Numbered from the stretch's first letter, positions 12,169-25,214 are shown. The stretch is DNA of 64,000 nucleotides from Lama glama (GCA_028534125.1 CM052816.1:97404001-97468000), one strand, 5' to 3'. Numbers and translations: made by a program. Notes: generated by a model from the letters alone, not told the origin.

Positions 12169-13750
12169 AAAAATTGGTGCCTGCGCTGCCCTAACAAAAC
12201 CTGAAATGCATGGCGTTGATGGCTGCTCGGTGGCAGGTGCAGCAAGGGAACTATTATCAGAGACTGAAAAAAGGCCACCCAAGTCATGCAATGGTCCAAC
12301 ATTTGGTCAAAATATCTTCTTGTCTTGGAAGGCAAAAGATGCCCTAATAGAACTGCAAGTCTAGTACAGGGCTCAGCAAACTTCTCTCGGAAGAGCCAGA
12401 TCAGAAATATTTCAGGCTTCACTGGCCACATGGTCTCTGTCACACTGTTAGCTCTGCTGCTGTCTGTTAACCCAAACATAGGTCACATGCACATGAATGG
12501 TCAACTATATTCCAGTATAACTTTATTTGAAAACATAGGCAGCAGGTCAGATTTGGTCTCAGCCTTGAGTCTGTGGACCCCTACAGACCATCAAACACCA
12601 GGTTACAAGTGTGGGTTTGTTGACTGCACTTGTTATGGTGTGACAAGAAAAATACAAGATCAGAAAGTAACTGATTGGTTATAAGGAGGAAGGACAGGGA
12701 AGCAGAATTGTATGGGTTTGTCAGACTGGAAGAGGAAAATGCTTCTAAGTCTCAATGGGTAAGGGACATAACCTGGGTCAGGAGTGATTTAAACTCAACC
12801 ATGTAGGGGAAAAAAATCAAACCTATTATTGAAAACAAAATGGACTAAGGTGCCTCAGAGTAAAGAAGCCCAGCAGAGTATGGTGCCAGTGAATTCTTTC
12901 AGCTGAACAAAGCGCGCAGGGAAAAGAGAACCAGAAAGAGTGTTTCCCAAATAGGCTCAAAGCACACACAGACTGAGAGACAGAGAAGGAGAGAGATGGG
13001 GTGAGAAGGCAGAGAAACACAGCAAATCAAAGAAGTACGTCTTGAGAAGAAGTACGACCATGACTGTTGACAGCTGGAGATGACTAAAATCCAACAGAGG
13101 AGAAATCAAAGAAGTTCTGAAAGATTTGTGTTTCTAAAAGAAATGCCAACCTGAACTTCAGCTGTTCTAGACTTAATCTGAGGTTCTCTATCTATGGCAG
13201 GAAATAGGTTGAGAAAACTGCTCAGTCCCCTATAAGGAAATACACCCCAGCACTCAATCCAGACATGGTCTAAAGGATGTCCAATAAGGAAGAATCATCC
13301 AAACGTAGGGCTCAGATGTCACAGAAAGTAACAGACAAGGGGACTGCTCCTGGGACAAGAGTCTGGGTCTGGTGAAGAAGCAATTCCCATCTCAGGGCCA
13401 GGGACCCTCAGACTGTCTGCCCCGGGGGATTTATAACTGCTGTGAACCAGAGAAACGTGGGCCATTCCTCCCTTGGCATAGTGGGAGAGCTCTGTGTGGT
13501 TATCCTCTGTATATTGGGTGGCTGAGTGGATGGTTGATAACAAGCCTTCTTAGTGCACAGGTCTCCAGATCAAGAGAAACCACATTCAGACTTTACATGA
13601 AACGACGGCTCAGCATTTCCTTTGAACAAACAAGTGCCCTTCATTCAGAGATCCTAGACTCTGAACTTTCTGCCAGTCGTGGATGGGACTTTTGGATTAT
13701 CTCTCTTGAGAAAAGGATATATGTATTTTCTTAAGGAAAGAGTAGACTAA
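12169..13750 (+). mobile_element. MaLR internal sequence (MLT1-int), decayed, interrupted by MER58
   Basis: Starts aaattggtgcc...gctgccctaacaaaacctgaaatg immediately after the LTR, as MLT1-int does; right boundary approximate. Confidence 0.55.
12367..12583 (+). mobile_element. MER58-like hAT-Charlie DNA transposon
   Basis: cagggctcagcaaactt...agccagatcagaaatatttcaggctt...ggccacatggtctctgtc...ggacccct with terminal inverted repeats. Confidence 0.8.
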
Positions 13751-13820
13751 GTATTTGGTGACCAGGGAGGTAGGCTATAGTAGTAACTGGAGCTGTTAAA
13801 TATTCTAGTTCACCTCTCGA

Positions 13821-14320
13821 TATGGTTTGGTCAGCCAAACTGGCTGCACCAATCCCCTTCCCTGCATCCATGTTCTTGGGTAACTCTCTCCTACACCGAC
13901 TCTGGCCCCGGCCTTGTGACTCTCTTTGGCCAATCTGACAACAGATGCATGATACAAAGACATGAAAATACTTGGGTATTTCTTGCCCTCTTGCCCTCTT
14001 CCTCACTGACCTTTAAAACCCTACATGCAAAGTACCTCAGGCTAATCTGCTAAGTGGGTGGGGACACGTGACTCTGTCACCTCTTCCAACAGCCACAGCT
14101 GACAGCCTGCCAACTGGCCACACATAAGAATGAGGATACCTTAGATGATCCAGTTACCAGCTGACACACCAGCTGACTACACAGACATGAGACAGACCAG
14201 CAAACATCAACTGAATAGCCAAGTCAGAAGAACCAAGAACTGTAAGCTAAATAAAAGGGTTGTTACTCCAATCAGTTCCATTTGGGGGCAGTTTGTTACA
14301 CAGAACAAGCTAACTGATAC
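13821..14320 (+). mobile_element. MLT1 (F/G/H-like) LTR
   Basis: ggccttgtgactctctttggccaat... and 3' end tttgggggcagtttgttacacagaacaagctaactgataca. Confidence 0.7.
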
Positions 14321-14367
14321 ATCCTCCTTCCAGGCATACGAAAGCTTGGCATGCCTAAATAAGGTAC

Positions 14368-14892
14368 TGTGGTAAACTGTATTTTCGACAACTGGGGCCC
14401 ACAACATATCCCATTCCCAATGCGATTGGCATGCCTCTCCTCCAGTGAGGTTCTATGTCCCCTTCAGTTGAACCTGGGCAGACCTTTGTGACCATGGTGG
14501 AACTGATGTTATCTGACTTCAGAGACAGGATTATAAGAATGCCATTCAATACCATTTTGTTCTCATAGGATGATCATCCTTGGAATCCAGCTACTATACT
14601 GTGACGAAGTCAAGTAACCATTTGGAGAGGCCATGTGAAGGTGTCCCAGTCAACAGTCTCAACTGAATCTCAGCTACCAGCCAGCAGTGACCACCAGACA
14701 AGTAAGTGAGCAAGCCGGCAAGGATGCCAGCTCTCAGCCTTCAAGCCATCTCAGCTGACACATGGAGCAGGGATGAGCTGCCCCTGCCAATCCTGCCCAA
14801 ATTGCTGATTCAAGAGGAAAAGAAATGATCCTTATGTCTTCAGTCACTAAGACTTATGGGGTTTTTGGTGCAGCAACAGGTAACTGGAATAC
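14368..14892 (+). mobile_element. Second MLT1 (F/G/H-like) LTR
   Basis: Starts tgtggtaaactgtattttc; ends ggggtttttggtgcagcaacaggtaactggaata. Confidence 0.7.
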
Positions 14893-15190
14893 TTAACTCT
14901 GGTCAATGAATAATGAATGAAAGTGGTATGTCACTTCCACGTGGAAGATGTCAATTGCCAGACAGTGTGAAACACTCTTTTCTTCCCTGGAAAACTGAGG
15001 AAGGAAGGATGCTGTGGGGATGCAGCTTCCTTCATTCTAAATCTCTTAGTGACTGACATGAGAGCGCTCCTCTGCTGACTCACATTCACTGTGCAGGTTG
15101 AACAAAATATAAACCCTCATTGTGTTAAGCTACTAAGATTTTGGAGTTGTTTGTTCCCATAGCATAATCTAATATGTTCTATTTGACATA
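14893..15190 (+). mobile_element. Old MLT1 (J-like) LTR, 3' part
   Basis: aaatataaaccctcattgtgttaagctactaagattttggagttgtttgttcccatagcataatcta end signature. Confidence 0.65.
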
Positions 15191-16869
15191 GGAGACAATA
15201 AAGAACAGAAATTTTTTAAAAAAATAGAAAACAAAAATGCAACAGAGAGGACCAGAAAAGACAATGGATGGTTCTTGAAAAAGTTAAGACAAAACAGACA
15301 TCCAAGGAGATTAAGTAAGGAAAAAAGGAAAGCATCCAAAAATGATACTATAAATAAAACCCAAAGATACAGTATATGTAAAGTCTAAAAATGAGAATAG
15401 TATTATCAAATATCTGCCATTAAACTTGAGAATGTGGATGAAATGCAGAAATTCCTAGAAAAGTCTTATTGAAACTGATTCAAGAAATAAAATTAGAAAC
15501 TCTGTAATCCCATTACTATCAAAGATATGGAAGCAAAAATTTTTAAAAATCTCTCTACAAAGAAAGCAACAAGCCCATGTGGTTTTCCAGGCAAATTCTA
15601 TCAACTCTTTCTAACATAGTGAAAACTTTTAGAAAACTAAAAATGAAAGCATACTCCCTGACTTATTTTATAAGATCAGCAAAACTGGTGAAAAAGAAAA
15701 ATGACAGTTTGATAAAGAAATATTCCAAACTCATTTCAACAAGATATTTGCAAAAATCTTAAACAAAATGTTAGCACTTCGCATCCAACATTTTATAAAA
15801 TCATAAAAACTGTACTTATCTCAGGAATATAAAAACTGTTCAATAATAGAAATTATTCATTACACTGACATTAAAAAACAACAAAAAAGCCTACGATTAT
15901 CTCAATTTGGTAAAACTCAACACTCAATCACATTTAAACTTTTTTGTAAATTAGAACAAAAGGGAATCTCAAAGGATATCTATAAAAAGCTAATACTAAC
16001 ACCATACTAAATGGATAAACTATATGAAAAATTCATTATATTTAAAATTAGGAAAAAGGCAAGGTACCCACAATCACCAGTTCTGTCAATAGCATATTAG
16101 AGCTCCTAGCCACCACAACAATATAAGAAAAAGAAATGAAAGGTCTTAGTATTGGAAAAAAGAAAATAAAACTCTCATTATTTTTTATATATATATTATT
16201 ATTTGCAAATGATCTGATTGTCTTTACAGGAAACCTGAAAGAATCGGCATTTCAGTTACTAGTAATAAAAAAGCTTTGAAAATAAGTTGTGTGAATATAA
16301 AATAATATCCAAAATTCAATTATATTATTTTACATCAGCAACAAAATAGTAGAAATCATAATTTTTAAAACACCATTTATAGTAAATAATAAGATACAAA
16401 ATATCTTTTTGTATTAAGGAGTAAGAACAGCCCACAGAAAATTTAAAACATTACTGAAGCACATAAATGAATGGAGAGATGGCCCATGTTCATGGATAGA
16501 AAAACTTAATACAAAATATTAATTCTCAAGAATGAATCAATAGATTCAGTGTAACACCAACAAAATCCCACTTGAGTTTTTTCATACTGAGGTTAAAATA
16601 AGTTGATTCGTAAAGTTTATATGGAAGAACAAAAGGTCAAAAATAACTCAGAAACTTTAATTTAAAGAGCTGACTGTTACTTGCCTTTCCCAATAAAAGT
16701 ACTTATTATAAAGCTTTAGTAATTATATTCTGTGTGTGGCTGTGAGTGTGTGTGTGTGTGTGTGTTATCAAAAAAAGAACAAAACTTAACCAATGGAGCA
16801 GAATAGATACCCATAACAAACCACTCATGCAGAATTTCGATATATAACAGATGTGGGGAAAGAAGTAAC
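15191..16869 (+). mobile_element. Old L1M ORF2 region, decayed
   Basis: A-rich, with ORF2-derived blocks (gatgaaatgcagaaattcctagaaaa; ttatttgcaaatgatctgattgtc; atggagagatggcccatgttcatggatag); contains a (TG)n tract at ~16731-16764. Confidence 0.85.
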
Positions 16870-16882
16870 TAAAATGGATCAG

Positions 16883-17184
16883 AAAGAAAAAAGATTTATC
16901 TACAAAACAGAAACAGACTCACACACATAGTAAACAAACCTACAGTTACCAAGGGGAAAGGGGTTGGGAAGGAAGTTCGAGATTTGCAAATATTCACTAC
17001 CATATATAAAATAGATAAAAAAAATTTCTTCTGTATAGCACAGGGAACTAATTCAATAACTTGCAGTAACCTATAATGAAAAAGAAGATGAAAACAAATA
17101 TATGTATGACTGAAACATTATGCTGTACACCAGAAACTGACACATTATAACTGACTATACTTCAATTAAAAAAATTAAATTAAA
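16883..17184 (+). mobile_element. Short L1 3' UTR insertion with 13-bp target-site duplication
   Basis: Flanked by perfect taaaatggatcag at 16870-16882 and 17185-17197; ends tacttcaattaaaaaaattaaattaaa. Confidence 0.9.
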
Positions 17185-19129
17185 TAAAATGGATCAGTAA
17201 AAATTGATTCTCTGCAGGAAAAAATAATATAAATATGTATCTCAATCACTACCTTATACCACATATAAATCATATGATATAAACAGGACGTGTATGATCA
17301 AACTTACAAAAAGAAAAGCAAGAGAATGACAAACAAGAAGTGCAAATAAAGTGTACTTCTGAGGGTAGGTGAGGGAACGGGAGGGTTTTCCATCGCACTG
17401 GGTTCATGGGTGTTTATTTCAGTATAAACACATAAAAAGCCAAACAGATATCAATGAGGACTGTGCACAAGAATCAAAGATTCATCAAATTAATCAAATG
17501 ATAAATCCCATCCTGTGCACCTCAAGTCCAACTCCGAAGGACATGGATGCTATATGTTTCAATTAACCGCAAGTCAATGTGAGGAAAGGATTAGACATGA
17601 GGTCAACCATATGTCTGAACTATGTTCCATTTCCTCGTTACTTCCTTCATTTGAATTCACCTGATCTCTTTATCCTCTTAATTTCTAACATCAAATAGTT
17701 CTTACTGGTTCTAGTAATGCACAGTCTGAATTTTGCTTTCCTTTATAATATCCACAGATCACTAGTAGCTTGAAATCTTAATTGTTCTCCCATTTTTATA
17801 TAGCTTAAAAAATAATGCAGTATATTTAAAATACACACAATAATTCGGCCTTTGGGGTAAACACATAGGAACGAAAGCCAGCACCTGTGAGCTCTGGCTT
17901 GTCCTGGCTGTGATACTCCGACATCACTATGGCTGAGGGATGGGAAAGGACACTGGTGGAAATGGATCGAGGTTTTAATTTCAAAACCTTGCGGTCAGGG
18001 GTCCCATCACCATAGTGCTGATCCAGCCTCTTCCACACCAGGAACCTTCTGTAGGGCGATAACGCTAGAGATTGACTTATTCACAGGATTCTCTCGGACA
18101 ACCATAACCATCTCGAGAAATCTCAGGAATTTCAATGTTCTACAAAAAAGCTATTGTACTTTCTGTGTGTATGTTTCAATTGCGATAAATTATTCATTCA
18201 ACAGATTTTAACTGAGCTAATAATTGAGACTCCATTTCAAGCACCAAGTTTTCAAAAAGTGACTTGGTTCCACACTGAGATACAACTGGCCTTATGCACC
18301 CCCAACAGCCGTGACCCAGGTCTCTACCCTGGTTCTGTCTCGGCGCTGTTGTTCTGGAGCTCTGCGCAGAGTCAGAAAACTAGATGGCAAAGCTGCTCAC
18401 ACGGTTTTGCAGGCTGAGCCTCGTGCTACTCTGTCCACCGTTCTCTCTCACCTGAGGCTGGCTTCTGGGGATGGAAGTGTAAGCCCAAGTGAAAGAGGGA
18501 GCAAAAGTGATCACCTGTCACATGGCCGGCGATTAACTGAGCTAATGAAGTCTTCCTCTGAACCTCTCCTCTGTCTCCTTCCTTGGGATTTTTACCGCAT
18601 CCTTATACAAAGAGGGCACTGACGCAACATTAGTGAAGTCGTAATTTGGTCAAACGGATCAAACACAAGGGCTGACTCAACAATCCTTTTCTCTCCTCCC
18701 AAATGCACCTGGTGGCTGCAAACCAGAGATGTGTGTCAATTTCCTACTTTGATACTACAAAATCATCTGGTAAATAGCATCTTATTACTCCTCTTGATTT
18801 TACATATTACCCAAAGCTAATAAAATTCAGAATTATGAAGGTCAATATGAGTGCCAATCTGGCAGCATTTCAGCGCTAAAGAATGGGAAACTTAGGTCAA
18901 AGCATGACTTTAATCAAACGATCTATGCTTGTCCCTCTGTAACATAATTCAAAACTACAGTCACATTTATCACGTAAACAGAAACTCATCCCCTGTTCTT
19001 TCACACCCAGATTTTAAAATTCTAGAACTCATTCAGTTGTCAGCCTGAAATACATCAAAAGGAGACCTTGACAAGGGGACCCTGTGTGGTGCAAACAGAA
19101 TAACAAAAGTGATCCACATCTGTTGGGGT

Positions 19130-19345
19130 TAGGTACTTGCCCCACTCTGTGCTCAGTGTTCACATGATCCACTTTACTTCATCCCCAACAGAGCTCCCTG
19201 CGTCTGGCTGTGTTCTCCATTTTATTTCACAGACGAAGTAACTGAGGCCACAGCAGATAAAATGAATTTGTCGGGAACACACACTAAGTGGCAACACTGA
19301 GACCGGATCCGGGTCCAGTAACAAAGTTCTGTACTTTTAACCAGT
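19130..19345 (-). mobile_element. MIR SINE
   Basis: atttcacagacgaagtaactgaggccacagcagataaaatgaatttgtc antisense MIR core. Confidence 0.65.
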
Positions 19346-20684
19346 AGGCTCCACGCTGGGGAACGACAGCTGCTAAGGGAAACGTATCCACACCCTAAAT
19401 TACCCACGTTAATTAAGCACCTGCGACCAGGTTAGTGCCGTGTTAAATATGGGGAGAGCTAAGTTCCCTCCCTGAAAAGAACTAATCACTAGTTGAGGAG
19501 ACGAGACGAACTCACAAAACCATTCTGAACATCAGACAACAGCAATGCAGCGGTTCAGTCAGTTCGTGTAATTAACGAGCTCTGCAGGATCACAGGCAGC
19601 AAGCAGCACAGGCAGGAATGCGCAGCACAGGCTGGACTGGTCCCCTCCAGAAGGAGAGTCTGGATTTGGAGAAGCAGCATCGGGGGGAGGCTGCCAGGTG
19701 AGGGGAGGCACTGGAGCAAACACAGTGAAGCTAGAGGGACCAGAAGTAGATGCTCTAGGCTCATCGGAGCCCAGGCTGACAGGTCAGCCTAGGGCAGAGG
19801 GGTAAATGGCAGTGTGCCCAAGACGAGTCACTTCAGGGAGGAGTGCTATCCAGGAGGATGCCCACCCCAGCGCTGGCTCCAGGAGGCACTCCGTTAAGTA
19901 TCGCGAAGGAAGAAGGAGTGAAGTCCGGCGAACTCTGCTGAGGCCAGTATCAAGTTAGAGTAAGGACTGGTGTACCAGTGGGCCATGCACGAACACCCAG
20001 CTCTGACTATCCCATCACTAGCCATTCCTGATCAAAGAGACCAAAGTGACTAACAACCACAAAACACCCTTATCAAAGTAACAGATCAGTGGTAGCCGTG
20101 TCTCTGTCTTTTAAATAGAACGTCTGATTTAAAACACCTCCGTGGGAATCGAGAGCTTTACACACAGCTCAACAGCAGTGGATTTCACAGGCCACGGTCT
20201 CAATGCCAGGGACCTAGGCAACAAAAGCAAAGCTACAGATGGACCCGCTGCTTAATGGGGAAGATCCTGGGAACATGCAGCATCACGGACCTAGAGGAAG
20301 CCCACCCCAATGAGCTCATCATGGGGAAGCTTCACTAACCAGAGTCTGTTGCTGTTAAAAGAGAAAAACATTGAAATGTCACTCCATTCCATAGACTGAA
20401 GCTTGAGGACTTTCATTTCAGCAGGAAATTTCAACCAGAAAACTGCTGTCCTGCCAGGACCAGAGCTGGGAATCTCAGATCTGCAGGGATCGCCAGGAAA
20501 GTCCACCCCGGCGAAGTCTGATGCCCACTTCTGCAACTGCGTGGCCTTGAAGAAATAAGCTGACCTCTTCGAAGCTCAGTGTCCCCCTCTGTAGTATGAG
20601 CGCCCTTCCAGCTCTAATGCTGTGAACATGCAGTGAAAATGCAACTACAGGAGACCCAGTGATGACCACAGTCCCAGAGGGCAT

Positions 20685-20855
20685 ACTCTGGGCCAGGCGT
20701 TATTCTAAATGCTTCACGTGCACTGATTTGGACCATCACCTTAGAAGGCAGGTACCACTCCATTTCACAGACAAGAAAACTGGGGCATAGAGAGGGTTAA
20801 ACAGTTTGCCCAAGATCACAGAGACAGAAAGGGACAAAGCCAAAATGCCAACACA
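20685..20855 (-). mobile_element. MIR SINE
   Basis: ccatttcacagacaagaaaactggggcatagagagggttaaacagtttgcccaagatcaca. Confidence 0.75.
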
Positions 20856-21408
20856 AACAGAGACTCTTAACCATTACATTCTGCCTTTTTAAAATGGACA
20901 AGGCAAGGTATCCTACTGTGCATAAATTTAAAATATGCACTTTAATATCCAAAGGATGCTTCAAATCCTTTCTTGCCAGGCCTCTTAATTACAACCAACT
21001 TTCCTGCAGAAAGTAACAGTTTTTCGCTGTTTTTCGTTTGGACCACAGTGAAATTACAACAAAAATGACATACTGAATACTAGTTGCAAATTACAAACAC
21101 CTGCCCAGTAAGACTCTCCTGCATGTATAGAAATTTGCAGGAAGATATACCTTTTAGCTACCTCTACTCCAGTTCCTGAGAGCATGCACTGTCCTCCTCC
21201 ACCTCCAGAATCATAGGGCTAGGAAAAGTACACAGAGAGTATTCCCTGCTCTTTCAAGATGTCAGGCATATGTGTCTGCCTCTCCAGCCTTCCACCCCTC
21301 AAGACAGGGGTGAAGGATTGACTTTTCCCCATTGATCCTTCCACCCCCTGGGGACGCTGAAATAGTGTTTGGAATAATAAAGCCAATTTCCCTCCACAAT
21401 GATTGGGT

Positions 21409-21443
21409 TTATTTGTTTGCTTATTTGTTTGTTTGTTTGTTTT
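21409..21443. repeat. (TTTG)n-like microsatellite
   Basis: tttatttgtttgcttatttgtttgtttgtttgtttt. Confidence 0.8.
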
Positions 21444-23123
21444 AGAAAAATTAAGAATCTTTTTCCGCGTATAGAAAAATGAAACACTCTGACACAGCTG
21501 CTCCAAGAAAAAGCACCTGATGCCGGACAGTTGATTTGTAATGAAAAGTACTTACAGTTATTGTTTTACGAATCTAGCACACCAAATCACAGCAAAGGCG
21601 AGAAGGCAGACTATGTTCTGTCAAAATATTATATACATTTAATAAAAGTATATATTCATATGGATTTTAGTACCAATCTCAAAAAACAGACCAAAAAAGC
21701 AAAAACAAAAAAAAAACAAAAGAAAAAACTATTTCACTGCAATATCTGACTCTTCAAAATGTACAAGGATGAAATTTTTCTATTCCAGTTGAAATATTGA
21801 CCATTTCTAATCATAAATTTTAGCCAAAACAAATCTGGCTGGAGCCAGCTGGTATTTTGACAAACTAAAAAAATTGATGTCAACCTTTCCTAGCAACAAC
21901 AGGCAAATTTTGGGACAAGCTGGCTGATTTTGGACATGATAAATGAGAGAGGATTTAATTCTGAGAGGTTTTCCTGCATTTAGTAGTAAGAACCGGTCCC
22001 GGAAAATACAGTGACATCATAAGATTTAGAACTTCAAGTCCGGTCTCATTAGTTCCAAGTTTTCCGATGCCAAAGGTCAAGTCAATTTTGCTCATCGTGC
22101 CTGGTACCATCGTCAAAACCTTCCATCCTAAGAAAATATTTTTCCACATTGATTAGATAGGAAGTTAAAATTCAAGACATGCTATCATCTCTGCTATTTA
22201 CTTTGTTTCATGTTTTGATATTTCTTAACAAACATGGGGATAAACCTATTTAATAGCTAATAACTTTTTACATAGAAATAGTTAAGCAAGATAGTAAAGT
22301 TTCAATTCAGAGTTTATGTTTACCGCATAATAACATACTTTGCAGATTATTTTAACTTCACGATCAATGACGCAGATGCATGTATTGACCATAGATTGAA
22401 ATTAAGTGAAAGCAGTTTGTGAATAATGTCAATAAGGGAAATACTCAGTCGAGGCAAAGCGGACTTTTTTCCTTCTCAATAAATATTTCAAGTCACTTTA
22501 CACAAAGGCAATGACATATAGCAAAAATTCACTCTGTACCTGGATGATACTAAGATCATTTTGTAATCCAAATGTTCTGGGAGACTATGGATGTGCATTA
22601 AGAAAGCTGCCAGACTTTTTCCACTACAAGATCTGACGGAAGTCTAATGGAAGTCAAATTCTGGCAGATTCATGGGAAAGCAGGAATCTGTCCAAGATTT
22701 CAGGCAGCAAAAATAGATCTGCCCAAGCTCCTGAATTACATCAGAGCCTAGAGATTCTAGCAGAGCGCTCGACGGTGGAAACTTGGGCTAGTCCCAAGCA
22801 GCTCTCTCCTCCCGTCTCCCAAGGCAGAGCTCTCTCTCGGAAGCTAAGCTCTGGTCAGGGACATGAACTCACCCACTCCACGCGCACATGGCTCTGTGTT
22901 AACACTGTCCAATGCTCCTAACCTAAGCACCTTTGACTCTCTGGATGGAGAACATTTTTGCAAAGTAGAACTCCTGTTTATGGTATTACTAAAAGCAAAA
23001 TAGAAATGAGCTGTCCAGAGCTCAGAACGGCCCCAGTCCTTCCTAAAGTGACGCTTCAGATAATGGTGCCCATTCCTCCCATTTCCCAGTTCCCGCCAGG
23101 CCCAGCAGCCCCACTTCCCACGT

Positions 23124-23161
23124 AAAGGTAGCCTTTCCACCCAAAGGTAGCCTTTCCACCC
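23124..23161. repeat. Perfect 2 x 19-bp tandem repeat
   Basis: (aaaggtagcctttccaccc)2. Confidence 0.95.
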
Positions 23162-25214
23162 AACCGAGTCACCCTTCCTGATTCTGGAACGTGTCCGCAC
23201 AGCTCTTTAGCTAGAAGGATTTACACAGTAGTCAGATTGTGTAGCAGGTGCAGCAAAAAACAGGGTCTGTTCCACTGTCTCTAGACCTCACTCTGGGCTA
23301 CAGCCATGCCATGGAAAGTGCCTGCTTTGTGCTTAAGATGATTTAGCAGAAAGCCAGCAATGTGTGGAAATGATTGATTTATCAAGGAAAAGTAAAGATG
23401 CCTGAATAAACTTTTAAAAATGCTACCACTCCAGCATGTGCACCACATAAAGGAACTGTATAAAAAAACACGAAGAGCAAAGACAAATTGAGAAGGGAGC
23501 TTACAGCTGACTGCACGGAATCTCTGACGACCCATTCAAGACTCTACACAGATCAAGGTTTAAGAAGTTAGAGATCTGTATCATAGCAAACAAAGTGTTG
23601 TCTGTAGGGGAGGCATGAACTTCACACTTGTCTTTAAATATATTAATGGTGCTATAAATAGGCCATCACCTGCTCCTCCTTTTCCATTTAGAAGAGAACC
23701 AGCCAGAACGGGTTTGAATTACAGATTCAACAGAATCATAAGCAGCAATGTCCCGGCAGAACCTGCAAGAATGGCAATGAAAAGGAGATGCTTTTAGAGA
23801 ATCTGCTTGCCAATAAGACTGAACAAAAGTCTCTGTCAAGTCCTTTTTGGCCCTAAAAGTGGCAAAGAGGGACAAGGCTGCCCATCCAGGGAGGACTCCA
23901 GGCTGGATGTAAGGGGGTGAGGGCTGCCCTGAACCCACACCCAGAATACAAAATCAAAGTGCTCTCTGCTCTGTGTTGTATAACATAAGAGTCAGTTGTG
24001 GCCAGTGGCATCATGACCATCTGCATTCTATTTTTCATTCTTTTCTCACTGAATTCCATCAGAAGACAACAACTCTTGACTAGCTTGGGAAAAACAAAAC
24101 TTCCATTCTTTTTTAAAGAACTGATGACAACAAGTTTTCCCATGCATAATATTTGAGCACCATCTGGCTCAAGATATCAGGAAGAAATTGCCAAATACCA
24201 GGGACAGCTATCTTGCACACTTGGCGAAATAAAAGCAAACACCTACTCCTTTGCTCCGCGGACATGAATACAGGTGCATATTTATATCCTCAGCTAAAAA
24301 AACATCCTTCAGTGCAGACATCCCCAAATCAACCACTGACCAAAAATATCTCACTGGATAATCGATGCCTGGCACACAGTCTGCACATACATATCAGAGG
24401 CGGAGTAAAAGTTTGAACCAGACCAACAGAAAGATCAGTGACAGGAAGTTTACCGCCATCTACAGATTTCCCCTCGCTGCTCAAGGGGGTGAGCCAAGGA
24501 TTTCTGCTTGAAAAAATATAAACTGGCAAAACTGCCGTGAGCTGTTGAGTTGCATTATGCTCCTAGAGATGCAGTGCAGTTTAATAGCCTGGACGAAACA
24601 GTAACCACGATGAACCAACCTCTCTAGAAATAGAAAAGCAACGGTTCATATACGCTTCTCAAACACGCAGAAGGAAGATTCACAACAGGTCAACATCCCA
24701 ACTCACAAATAACACACATGGAAAGGCAAAGATGTATAATCATATACTTTTTTTAATTTCCCTCGCCATGAACCACTTTCCTAAGGCAGGCTTTTTACTG
24801 AGCTAAATAACGTCCGATCCAAACTAAAACGCCAGCTCAGGGAGCCGTGCAGCGGCCTCGCGAAGAAGCGCGACGCTGATTCGGATGGAGACCTATTTGA
24901 GCCGAGGTTGCGGGCAAGGGCGCGGGGTGGAAAGCGCCACGGAGTTAGCCCGCGGGTGCGCAGAGATGGAAAACCCACGCCCTGTCCGTCCACCTGGTCC
25001 ACACCCCGGCAACTTTATCTTGGACAGAACCTCCCAAGGAAACTTTTCTCTTGCCCGCAGTTCTCCCCGGAGCCAGATCGGCCGCGGGCAGGCGGGCGGC
25101 GTGAGAGCCGCGGGCCGAGGGGCGGCCCCGGGCGGGACGCGGCTCGCCGGGGAGGTCCCTCTCTTCTCGGGGCCCGGGGGCGCGCGGGGCAGGTCCCGCG
25201 GGGAGGCCACTCAC

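Larger units (their letters stand above)
5483..25214 (-). other. ADCY2: ADCY2 intron 1 (19,732 nt, GT-AG)
   Basis: Bounded by the exon 1 donor and the exon 2 acceptor; I recognised no other ADCY2 coding sequence between them. Confidence 0.9.
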
